The notes under the pieces: generated by a model | Database searches by the model: none | The model's input: only the letters and a program-made list of their open reading frames with translations | Told to the model about the DNA's origin: nothing | Source of the DNA: Utricularia gibba | Taxonomy: Eukaryota > Plantae > Magnoliophyta | Length of the DNA stretch: 64,000 nt | Assembly: GCA_002189035.1 (NCBI GenBank) | Contig: NEEC01000002.1 | Span: forward strand, 2,170,001 to 2,234,000 | Reading direction: 5' to 3' | Shown here: one piece after another, positions 1 through 10,589 of the stretch | Position numbering within the stretch: the first letter of the stretch is position 1 | Layout of the letters: each line of letters opens with the position of its first letter | Translations under genes and position numbers: made by a program

Positions 1-76
1 ATTCTCTCCCTGTATGCGGCATATTGTCTGCTGTCTTGAGCTCAAATTCATATGATGTTGTAATGGCTTGGTGCAG

Positions 77-3000
77 CAAATACTATTGAAGTCCATTCCA
101 TCTTGCTTTGAGCTGAAGTGTCGAGCTTATAGCCTGCTGAGTCAATGTTATCATCTTGTGGGAGCGATTTCTTCTCAGAAACAGATACTCAACAAGGCCT
201 TAGACCTTACTGTTGTGTCTGGAGATGGGTATTCCTGTTTACAGCACTTTCTTTGTTTGTTTTCCTTTATTTCCATCTATCTTTTTCTTCTTCGGTTGAT
301 GGGCTAATGCTAGTTCACCGAAATCGAATGATGAGAGTAGCTAAAGCTTGTTAATTTTGCATGTGCTACCCGAACTCTGATCTTAAAGGTATTCTGGGAG
401 GTTGTGGTCTTGTAACTTCAGTTCTCAGCTTGCGAACGCCCTAATAATTGAGGGGGACTACGATGGCTCGATTTCAGCACTGGAACAGGGATTCACTTGT
501 GCAATGGAGATGGGTTATCCTGAATTGCAGGTTAGTTTAACTTTTGTAAAAGATTTTCCTATTTTATTATGTATCTCAAGGAGGACTAATAAGATACCTA
601 GTGCAACTCTAAACATGCGTTCTCTCTTTTTATTTTTTAATATGATTCTTCTTTTGAATTTTGAGCTCCTTGTTATTTATTTTCATCATTTCTAGAGCTT
701 CTACAGACCATTCTGTTATCCTTTATTTGGATTAGATGTTCTTTGCCACTTCAATGCTGCATGTCCGAGTGATGCAGTGGGAGAGCACAAGTCTTGTAGA
801 AGAATCTGTTAACAGGTGCAATATGATATGGGAGTCCATCGATCCAGATATGGTAACAATCTTCTGCCATTGCATATTAGATATGTAGCAATCTATAGAT
901 TCCCTAATGCTTTGTGGTCTTTTTCACTTCATTTTTTTTTTATGCCATAAAACTGAGTGTTCCTGTTTTTTGTCCTCTTCCACTATTTGAAGAGGCAACA
1001 ATGCCTTGGTCTGCTGTTTTATCATGAGCTGCTTCAATTGTTCTATTTATTGCGGATATGTGACTTCAAGAATGCTGGTCAACGCATCATCAATTTGGAA
1101 ACTGTGATGAGGACCGACTTGGAGAGAATGCAGAACATCCAAGAACTTAGGGATGAACTTAATGTGCTGAAACAAAGCCTTTCACGCACAGACTTACATT
1201 ATAAAGAGAGATCTGCTCTTTCCGATAAATGCCACAAACTAGAGGAGCAACTTACTGAGTACACGAGGTCAAATTCAGCTGGAAAAGCAACATTAGAACC
1301 TGCATATTTTGGGAACATTCAACGTGCATGTTCTGATAAACTGGAGCTGGCACCACCCCACTTGATGGAGAATGGCTACCAAAAAGTGCAGTCTATGCAC
1401 TGGTAGATCTTATAGTGGTTATTTTTAGTCGACCAAAAGGTCTTTTTAAAGATTGTCAAAAGAGGATCCAGTCTGGATTGCAAAGAATAAAAGGTTTGTT
1501 TTTCATTCACAATATGAAGTTTCTATAATATAGCAGCGTTTTTCGTGCATCTGCTAAACTAATTTACTTGCAGAAGAGCTAGTGCATCTTGGAATATCTG
1601 ATGGGGTTAAAGGTGGGGATTTCCGTATGTATTCATGGATCGATATTTTCCTGATATTATACTAATTTTTTCTGTGACGTGATGGATTCTGGAAGTAGAA
1701 GTGGAGTTGCAGCACTCTGCAATCTGGATGGCTGGAGTATATCTGTTGCTCGTCATGCAGTTTCTAGAAAACAAAGTAGCAATAGAGCTTACACGCACTG
1801 AATTTGTGGAGGCCCAAGAGGTTTATTTTTTTTCATCATTAATCTTCCCTTGGATTTAACTACAATGTTGATGCAATAATAAAACTGTTGTTTCTGCAGG
1901 CTCTATTGCAGATGAGAAGCTGGTTTCTTCGCTTTCCGACCATCCTTCAGGCTTGTGAAAGTACAATCGAGATGCTGAGGGGCCAGTATGCCCATTCTGT
2001 TGGCTGTTACAATGAGGCCGCTTTTCATTTTCTTGAAGTATCGAAGGTATTTTAATCTTTTTTTCCTGTTTTCGATATATATCTCTTTTTTCATCCACCG
2101 TATTGCCACATTGTCTCCTTCAGACAAAATCTTGCATCTCTGATTTGTCATTTTTCATATTTAGATGACTCAGAGCAAATCAACGCAAGCCATGGCTCAC
2201 ATTTATGCAGCGGTTTCTTATATTTGTATTGGTGACGATGAATCTTTGGCCGAGGTGATCCATCCCAGTTTAAATCAATAGTGTTGCAGCAAGTTCTTGA
2301 TTATATCTCTATCTCCTGAACTCAAATCTCCATTGCAGGCTCTTGATTTAATAGGTCCTGTTCTTGGTGTAATAGATTCTTTTGTTGGGGTTCGGGAAAG
2401 ATCATGTGCTTTGTATACTTATGGGTTTCTACTCATGAAACAACAGAATCTACAAGAAGCCAGGTGAAAACAGAATACACTTAGGCGTTCTACTTTTTTT
2501 TTGGATATCCATCGTTAGTGCCAACATTTTGCCTGTCCTCTAAAGCCTGTGCTCTAGCTTTGATGCTTCATGTTATTCCACAGCAGCCTTGCGAGCTCAG
2601 CTTTTCTAATGTCGTAGTCACTTCGTTGCAGGCTTCGGCTAGCATCCGGATTGCAGACAACACATACATACTTGGGAAATCTTCAACTTGTTTCTCAGTA
2701 TCTGACAGTATTGGGAAACCTAGCCCTCGCTCTGCATGACACAGGCCAAGCCAAAGAGATCCTGAAATCTGCCCTGACATTGTCCAAGACGCTTTACGAC
2801 ATCCCAACACAAAACTGGGTGCTCACCAATTTGACAGGTACCATGTGACATTCTGTAGACCTCTATGAACTCCATCCCAGATTCTCCTTACCATTCTCCT
2901 CCACCCTGCAGCCTTATACCAACAAACAGGTGAGGAAAGGAATGAAATGGAGAACGTGGAGTACCAACGCAGGAAAGTCGAGGACTTGCAGCAACGACTC

Positions 3001-3314
3001 GCTGCTGCATGCTCAACCGTTCATCATATCGAGCTGGTGAGCCACCATCTATCCTATCCTATCCTATCCTCATTCCTATGCATTACCAAAGTGGAAGCAC
3101 GATAACCCAAATTCCCCATTTCGCGGAGCAGATCAGCAAAGAGAAATTCCAAGTTCACCAGATGAGTGGCCATGACATGAAGAGGAGAGGAATGGAAGGA
3201 CCTTCCAAGCCCATCGATCTCGACATCCCTGAGTCGGTAGGTGTGTCTGCTTCCAGCCAAGTACCCAGGCTTCTTGATGTGGATATCGGGAGGTTACAGA
3301 GACGAAGATCGTAG
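77..3314 (+). CDS. SCC4: MAU2/SCC4 cohesin-loader subunit homolog, multi-exon, 5' part outside window; apparent -1 frameshift at C4 run 1356-1359
   Basis: Exon translations such as FELKCRAYSLLSQCYHLVG, ALIIEGDYDGSISALEQG, LPKSAVYALVDL (after the shift) and GNLQLVSQYLTVLGNLALALHDTGQAKEILKSALTL; C-terminus PIDLDIPESVGVS; GT-AG introns; stop TAG 3312-3314. Confidence 0.88.
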
Positions 3315-3390
3315 CATTTCATGGAATGTAGAAAATCCATTAAATACAATCCGTTTGTAACCCAAACCTTTTCTTATGTGCATTCATGTA

Positions 3391-3691
3391 TTTGGAGATG
3401 GATTTAGTGTAGTGATGGGCTTTGATTGATGTTTTTCATCAAATCGATGTTTCATAAAAGGTTTATAAATCACTGTTCAATATCAAATTCAGTTCTAGTT
3501 TCGATTTCAAATCGAAATCATAAATCTTGAATTGAATTGAAATCGTAAGTAGATAGCATGCTTTCGATTCCAAATTGAAATCATAAATCTTGAATCGGAA
3601 CTGATTGATTTCAAAATCAATGGTTCAGTCGATTTTAAATAGATTGAAATTGCAATTTTTCGATTTCAAAAAATAATGAATCCATCCCAAA
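3391..3691. mobile_element. MITE-like relic with imperfect TIRs and an internal 34-bp direct repeat
   Basis: Left end TTTGGAGATGGATT (3391) matches the reverse complement of right end AATCCATCCCAAA (3679-3691) with 1 indel; internal repeat TTTCGATT(T/C)CAAAT(C/T)GAAATCATAAATCTTGAAT at about 3499 and 3562; AT-rich, non-coding. Confidence 0.4.
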
Positions 3692-4227
3692 CCTTAAAAT
3701 TTCAATAGTGTAGTATTGAAAAATGGGCCCCACCACAACCGTCCACCGCACATACTAGAAACTTGAGCAATGTTACTTCCACGTAATTGCCAACAATTAA
3801 ATTATACCCTGTAAAATTTATGAAATATTCTTCGGTCAGGAGGGATATGCCCACCATGTGGGGCATCTATTCGAGACCATTCCCATGATTAAAGAACTAA
3901 TTATTGGATTAAAAAAAGCAGTACGTCATTTTCCAGATCACAAAAAGCAGCTGTTGGCGCCCGGACCGACAATTGACTGTTAACAATGTGCGGTGACGTG
4001 CCACCTAATAATTAAATTATTCGGTTTTTGAAAATAATAAAAAAGTGAATAAAATAATTCCCACTTGTCCAATTATCAATCCCTTCATTTAAACGGCGAG
4101 AGAAAAAACACACAGGCGTTTCTTCTTCCCCTGGTTTCACGGCCGTTGATAATAAGGTAAACTTGGTATACGCTTACCATTCGTTTCAGATTGCTTGTTG
4201 TTTCCGTCAATTTTCCCATCTGCAACT

Positions 4228-5535
4228 ATGCCGGAGATCGAGGAGGTCTCCGGCACGAGCTCCGAGGGGGCGGTTAGGGGGAAGCCGAGCGGAAACTACA
4301 TATTCAACAAATATGAAATGGGGAAGCTTCTTGGGTGCGGGGCCTTCGCGAAGGTCTACCACGCGAGGAACGTCGCCACCGGGCAGAACGTCGCCGTGAA
4401 GGTGATTAGCAAAAGCCGATTGAAGGGGAACGTTAATCTTACCGAGAATATCAAGCGCGAGGTGTCGATTATGAGCAGGCTACAGCATCCGCACATCGTG
4501 CGATTGTTCGAGGTTATGGCGACGAGGAGTAAGATCTATTTCGTGTTGGAGTTCGTCAAGGGCGGGGAGTTGTTCGGGAAAGTGGAGAAGGGGAGATTCA
4601 GTGAGGATTTAGGTCGGATGTATTTCCAGCAGTTGATATCCGCCGTCAGTTATTGCCATCTCCGCGGCGTGTTCCACCGGGATTTGAAGCCGGAGAATCT
4701 GTTGCTGGACGAGAATGGGGATCTCAAGGTGTCGGATTTTGGGCTGAGTGCGTGGAAGGATCAGGTACGGGCCGATGGGATGTTGCACACGCTTTGCGGC
4801 ACGCCGGCGTATGTCGCGCCGGAGATAATCGCTAGGAAAGGCTACGACGGTGCGAAAATCGACGTTTGGTCATGCGGCGTCGTTTTGTTCGTTCTCACCG
4901 CGGGGTATTTGCCGTTCAACGACCCCAATTTGATGAATATGTATCGGAAGATCTACAACGGCGAATTCCGGTGCCCTAAGTGGATGTCTTCAGATCTGAA
5001 ACGCTTTCTCCTCCGACTCCTGGATACAAATCCGGAAACTAGAATCACGATCGAGGAAATCAAGCGCGATCCTTGGTTTCGCAAGGGGTTCAAGGCGGAC
5101 AAGTCGAAACCAATCGAAACTGTCACAGCGGTGGAGGAAGAGAAGCACCTCAAGAACCTCAACGCCTTCGACCTAATCTCATTCTCGCGTGGTCTGGATC
5201 TCTCTCATCTGTTCAACGGGAAATTCGCCGCTGAGGAGAGACTTGATCGCCTGATGGCGGAGGAGTCTCCAGAAAAGGTGATCGAGAAGGTGGAGGAGGC
5301 GGTGAAGGCGGAGGACGCCAGCGTGCGATTCAGGAAGAAGACGGAATGCCAGCTGTTGATCGAGGGAGTCAACGGTAATTTCTCCTTCGCGCTCGACGTT
5401 TACCGGCTCACCGACCGGTTCGCTGTGGTAGAAGTCAAGCGCTTGTTCGGAGACTCCCAGGCACTGTCTACCCTATGGAAGGATAAGATTAAACCCATTC
5501 TTTTGCAGAAACGGGAACAACCGGTTTCCGGTTAG
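4228..5535 (+). CDS. CIPK: CBL-interacting Ser/Thr kinase (SnRK3), intronless, CIPK11/14-like
   Basis: [26 protein letters not shown] and [13 protein letters not shown] kinase motifs plus NAF domain [16 protein letters not shown]; first ATG at 4228. Confidence 0.96.
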   Translation: MPEIEEVSGTSSEGAVRGKPSGNYIFNKYEMGKLLGCGAFAKVYHARNVATGQNVAVKVISKSRLKGNVNLTENIKREVSIMSRLQHPHIVRLFEVMATRSKIYFVLEFVKGGELFGKVEKGRFSEDLGRMYFQQLISAVSYCHLRGVFHRDLKPENLLLDENGDLKVSDFGLSAWKDQVRADGMLHTLCGTPAYVAPEIIARKGYDGAKIDVWSCGVVLFVLTAGYLPFNDPNLMNMYRKIYNGEFRCPKWMSSDLKRFLLRLLDTNPETRITIEEIKRDPWFRKGFKADKSKPIETVTAVEEEKHLKNLNAFDLISFSRGLDLSHLFNGKFAAEERLDRLMAEESPEKVIEKVEEAVKAEDASVRFRKKTECQLLIEGVNGNFSFALDVYRLTDRFAVVEVKRLFGDSQALSTLWKDKIKPILLQKREQPVSG

Positions 5536-5736
5536 TAGGACCAGTTTCGTCTTTTCACTGCACTGAACCCTGAATAATACACTCTATTCCGATTTTTGTG
5601 CCGCTGCGCTGAAGTGTTAATAATATTTTGCCTTTTTCATAAATTATTTAGTTGATGTAATTACAAATAACCCCTTGAAGTACCATTTTTATTACATGAA
5701 ATGGAAATATTGACTATTCCTATTCTATGTAATTAA

Positions 5737-5984
5737 TTAAAAGGAAATGGAGTCGTCGGCGAGGGCAAAGGTTAAAACGAAGGGAAGGCGAAGCGGGCGG
5801 CGAAACCCGCCGTCTCCGGCGAGCTGAAGAAGCACGTGGAGAGGCTGCCGTCGGAGAAACCAGGCGCGTGCGCGGTCTGTAATGGGTAACTCCTGCAATG
5901 AAGAGTTATCTTGTTTTCCTGCATCACTGTGCTGCACTTTAGAGATCTGTCCACGCAGGAAAACGGAGGGTGCTCGACGCTCAT
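5737..5984 (-). CDS. Putative small uncharacterised protein (about 82 aa if one base is restored at the G run 5782-5784)
   Basis: ATG at 5984 gives MSVEHPPFSCVDRSLKCS...GFAARFAFP; a -1 shift like others in this window joins FVLTFALADDSISF*; lies divergent from the LYR gene across site II motifs; no family recognised. Confidence 0.3.
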
Positions 5985-6072
5985 CTTTTTGCCCGTACAA
6001 ACATGGGTAACGGCTGGATCTTATATCAGTTGGGCTCATGTAACAGTTTCCGGCGAAGTATAGGGTATTGGA

Positions 6073-6312
6073 AGCCCACTTGGAGCTCGGCCAGCATTCA
6101 AACGGCCCAACTACGATTAATTTGTAGAAATCCGGAGATCGCTTGATTTTGTTGCTGGAAGGTGGAAACGGTGGCGCTTGGATTGGTTTTAGGAACCATT
6201 TCTGTTCCAGTGATTGGTTTCGGAGCCTTGCTGCTCAATTGGTGGCGGAGGAGGTGAGAGAGATGGAAAATAGGTACTCAATATGGGTAAAACCTTAGAT
6301 AGTGTAGGGTTT
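6073..6312. promoter_or_regulatory. Site II (TCP-type) motifs and telo-box upstream of the LYR gene
   Basis: AGCCCA 6073-6078, GGCCCA 6104-6109, TAGGGTTT (telo-box reverse complement) 6305-6312. Confidence 0.45.
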
Positions 6313-6560
6313 CGCAATCCTCTCATTTCTCTGGCTTTAATCTCCGTGATATCGTCGGAGCGGATACAAGATCGAAATCCGTATTTTTCAGCTAGAGCAT
6401 GTGTCTTTTGTGCTGTAAATTGAGATGAAAATCATCGAATTCACATTGCTTCATCATTTTCAACAGCCTCAGGCATTTTTCTTGCTTAATCGGGTAGTGG
6501 AGGCCCGAAGAAGAAGAAGAAGAAAAGAGCAAGCAGAGGCATTGGCTTTGTTTTCAGAGG

Positions 6561-6979
6561 ATGACTGCGAAGATTGTTTACAGGGATCTTCTAAAAGCTG
6601 TGAGTAAGCATGTTGGCAAAGATGCATGCTTTTTGGATTACATCAGGCAGGAATTCAGAACAGTTACTCCTGCCTCTGAAACCTCTTTGAAGCTTGCCCG
6701 TGACTACATTTTCTATCTCAACAGTGTCCACCACCACAAGGTACTTCCCTTCTTTACACTTTCTTCATCGCTTTGTTGCTCTGCAATCTGTTTGGAAATC
6801 ATGGGGTTTCGTGAATTTACTCTTTTGGGGTGTCTTTTTTTAGATCAAAATGTTGTCTTTCGCAGGAGCTGCTGTTTTCATATAACATCGCGGTGGATAG
6901 GTCTGATGAGATGAAAAAGGTGTTGGGAAAATCAGCAGCCAGCGTCGGCCTCCAGCTTCCAGAAGTTTATCAGGCATGA
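6561..6979 (+). CDS. LYR-motif / complex I LYR-like small mitochondrial protein, 2 exons (6561-6740, 6866-6979)
   Basis: MTAKIVYRDLLKAVSKH...YIRQEFR...LARDYIFYLNSVHHHK|ELLFSYNIAVDRSDEMKKVLGKSAASVGLQLPEVYQA*; GT-AG intron. Confidence 0.85.
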
Positions 6980-7310
6980 TTCATCATCAAATTATAGCTC
7001 TTGCTGCTTCATAGATTCATAGTAGATGAACATATTGAAAGCAATGCTTTTCTTCTTGATGATTATTCATGATATTATTCGATGCACATTGATGGCTGAT
7101 GGCCTATGAAATGACCGATTGGATCATGCCTCTTGTTTTGTTTGTTGTGATGGAAAGGAGTGGTTGTCTTCTTGATCCTGTCATCTTCTCCACACTTATA
7201 TATCTGGGTTCACTAATAATGAACATGTGTCCAGAGTTGTTGAGCTTCTTCAGAAAATGGCAGAAATATGTTACAGGAAGAGGGGGTTATGTTGGATGAT
7301 TCCCTATATA

Positions 7311-8282
7311 TTACAGGAAGGTGATCAACAGTTCGTCGAGGAGCAAACCAAAGATTTGCGATTCCATTTCTCCTCCAATCTCCGCCGCGTGATGCCAGTG
7401 GTGACTCGGTAGTAAGTCTGCGTTCTCTCTTGATGACAGTTCTCGGACTTCACCCGTTCGTTTCCAGGCTGAGTGCAGGCCTCTGTTCGTTTTCCTTGCG
7501 CTTGCGAGGATGATACTTTTTCCAGCTCCGAGGGGCTCTCTGTTCTCGGGAAATGAGTATTCCTTGTTCTTGAACTCATGGGAGTTTGTTCTCTGGAATT
7601 TGGAGTTGGTCGACTCCGAAGTTTTCCCCGATGCACAATTCAGCACTGAGTTAGCGCTTGAACTCTCAGATTCGTCGTCGCCGTCGTATTTGAGATTCTT
7701 TTCCCTTCGTTTTTTAGGTTTCCGAACGGAGTTCCTAGAAGGCGGAGGACGTAGCAGATTGCTAGGGTTCTTGCCGGGTGATGCCTCGTTCTTCCTCGAA
7801 TCAAAACCATGATCTAAATTTCTTTTACTCCCCAATTTGCGTAGTTTCCTTGCAGAAACTACATTCACTTCTTCATTTTCCTTTTCAATTCCCGTAGATC
7901 GCCCTTTTCCCCGGTTGCACAGAGCACTGTGTTCAAAGCTGAGAATGATGAACTTCTCATCTTCAAGCTCTTGGTAGTCCAAAAACCCGCCCATCTTCGG
8001 TGATCCTGACGGATTCCGAGTCTGCTGTCTCCTCGGTAGAGACTCCAAACCCATCAACCTCGCCACAATTCCCGGCGCGGCCGCGGCACAACCAACAGAT
8101 GCAGCTGTGCATCTTCCTATCCCCTCTTCTCCAAGCTGGTCGAAGTCGGAACCGTACCATGTAAGAGCCCCGAAACAGCACAATATCCCGGTCATGCGAT
8201 GGATTCGTCGTCCATTAGCAGGGGAAGAGAAGGAGGAAGATGAAGATGGAGTAGACAATGAGTAGGTTGAAGAGAAATTCAT
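7311..8282 (-). CDS. VARLMGL-motif (DUF3741-associated / TRM-like) protein
   Basis: 323-aa ORF with PGIVARLMGLESLP, FIILSFE and C-terminal EIGGEMESQIFGLLLDELL (DUF4378-like tail). Confidence 0.8.
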   Translation of the reverse strand: MNFSSTYSLSTPSSSSSFSSPANGRRIHRMTGILCCFGALTWYGSDFDQLGEEGIGRCTAASVGCAAAAPGIVARLMGLESLPRRQQTRNPSGSPKMGGFLDYQELEDEKFIILSFEHSALCNRGKGRSTGIEKENEEVNVVSARKLRKLGSKRNLDHGFDSRKNEASPGKNPSNLLRPPPSRNSVRKPKKRREKNLKYDGDDESESSSANSVLNCASGKTSESTNSKFQRTNSHEFKNKEYSFPENREPLGAGKSIILASARKTNRGLHSAWKRTGEVRELSSRENADLLPSHHWHHAAEIGGEMESQIFGLLLDELLITFL

Positions 8283-8651
8283 ATCCTTGCCCAGATGCAG
8301 AAAAATTGGAAGGCGATCAAGAATGAAGAAAGCAAACTAAAGGGAAAGAAGAGGGCCTTTGATTTGAATAACAGGGGAGTGAGCAAAGTTAAAGGCAGCT
8401 GTTGGTGACATAACATAAAGTTGAAAGTGTGTTGTTTCCCACGCCAACCCATCTCCTCGGTATGTAAAACTTGCCCTCTCTTCTCTGTTTTCCTTCTTCT
8501 TCTGGCATTAAAGCCCCAGTTTTCGCTTTCAATGCTTCTGTTTCTCAGCTGGATCAAGATAACTTTTTTATAGCTCACTAAACAGCGTTCTGGGGAAGGG
8601 GTTGGATACAAAACAGTGAACTCATTAAGTAAGAAGACTCCATGGAAGCAA

Positions 8652-9884
8652 TCACGGCTGGCTACTGCAACGAAGATGGTTAGGATTTTCTGTCACCGGA
8701 TGATATGCAGGAGACTCCCATCTGCATTCTTGGACAGGAAGTGAAGTGAGCAATCCAGCTCTGACAAGAGCTGCTCGGAAGTCATCGTGATCTGAAGGCG
8801 TTGCAGATAATACTTGAGGATCTAGGCTTTCAGGTGATTTTGATTGGCTCTTTTTCTTCGAAATCTCCTCGGCTATCGCCTAAAAGTTTGGAAGAACAAA
8901 TGGAAACAGTGTTCACTGTTAGATGGTAGAAGAATGATTCAAAAGGCATTCTGGTTCTGTGATTTGATTATATTGAACAGAGGACAAGAAGCACAGATGG
9001 AAGCTCAGTGGAATAGTGATGATTAATTAACCTACATTACAGACCTGCAATAGCTGTGAATCAAACTTGGGGAGTCCCAGCTGTTCAACTGTGAGTGACC
9101 CAAAGAAGTTTCCCAGCATAGCGGCGTCAGGTAATGGAAGTCCCTGAGCCAGTCCGGCGACTAGTCCGCCGAGAAAGCTGTCTCCGGCACCGGTGGGATC
9201 AACCTGAACAGTTAGAAATGGAGAAATCGTCTGCTCTACATCCCCAGAGTAAATTGTGCACCCATCCTTACCATTGGTGATCACAACACAGCATTTCTTC
9301 CTCGTTGACGCTAGATCGATGTACGGCGCCTCGTCGGAGGAGGCCTTAAGGAACCCGATTCTCGGAACCAAATGTTGGAATCCCGAATCTGACAAAGGGA
9401 CGAGGCACACAGTCCCGTCAACGGAATCGAAAACGCGAATCAAGGCCTGAGCGTCCACAAAGACGGTGTCGCAGATATCTAGCATCTTCTCCAACGTCTC
9501 CGGCAGGATTTCTCCGCCGACGCCGACGGCGAGGCCGAACTCGAACCGCTCCGAATCGGGAAGATCCCCGGGGGTTATGGGATCGCAGGCGCAAATGCGT
9601 TTGAGTATGCGGTCTTGGCGGGTGACCCCGGACATAAAATCGGCGTGAAATAGGGTTGTTCTGGAGGAGGGGCAAACCCGCGGCCGGTGTGAAACTGAAT
9701 ACGAGAAATCGGCACCCACTTTGGACACGAAATTGGAGGCAACGGAGACGCCGTCGAGAACGACGGAGATGAAGGCGGCCGCGCCGCCGATGGATTTCCC
9801 CAAAACGACGCCGTCCTTCATCAGAAGGTCGTGGCAGTAGTTGCCCACGACCAAACACGACACAGGCTTGCAATAGTCTCCCAT
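8652..9884 (-). CDS. MIK: pfkB-family inositol 3-kinase, 2 exons (9045-9884, 8652-8879)
   Basis: LVVGNYCHD, GGAAAFI, FLKASSDEA and DPTGAGDSFLGG pfkB signature; second exon AIAEEISKKK...SSQP*. Confidence 0.9.
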
Positions 9885-10589
9885 TTCCGATGTCTACCGG
9901 AACCCAGTTTCAGGAATCGCCATTAACATCCATCCGCGACTCCATTTTAGAGAAATCCAGCCGAAAAGGTGGCGCGATGATGCTCGGTCAATGGAATCTG
10001 TTCTCGCCAACGTCGTTACGAAATTTGCTTCCTCATCCCGAGTTCTGCCCCTGGACTCCTCTAATATTCTCCATTAAGCAGCAGCATTTGTGATCAGAAT
10101 GGGATCTTTCCCATTAAAATCAACAACTGTAACCTCCGACGACGGCTCTGCGATTCCCAACTCCTGATCTACTTCCAAACCAAGATTGAATTTTTACTGA
10201 CTTAGTATGTTCTTTGCAGGGGCGATTCATCACCCTGATGGCTAGTTCCTTGATCAGCTGACAATTTGGCCTTCTTTTACAACTCCCCTCTTGCCCTGTG
10301 GGTTGATGAGCGATTAGGTCATATCAACATCACCATTATATCCAACAGAATAACATTGCGATTGAGAACAAGGCAAGAAAGCTAATATACATTGGTTGAA
10401 GTATCCCCCGCCGCCGGTGGCCGGAAAGCCATTCCACCGCGCGCCGTGCCATCCCAAATACACATTTTAAAGGGGATACAGAATTATTGAAAAAGAAAAG
10501 AAAGGGCTGATCACAAGGTCATCATCCACAGAAGCTTCATCTTCCATTCGATGTGATTGATGCTTCTGGTTTTTATATTGCTTTTCAGT

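Noticed and set aside
7-18. CTCCCTGTATGC resembling part of miR160
   Set aside because: Only a 12-nt match, no hairpin, and it is inside a MAU2 intron.
3051-3070. (CTATC)n and other microsatellites such as (GGAA)n at about 57837 and (GAA)n at about 6507
   Set aside because: Short simple repeats in introns or UTRs; ordinary.
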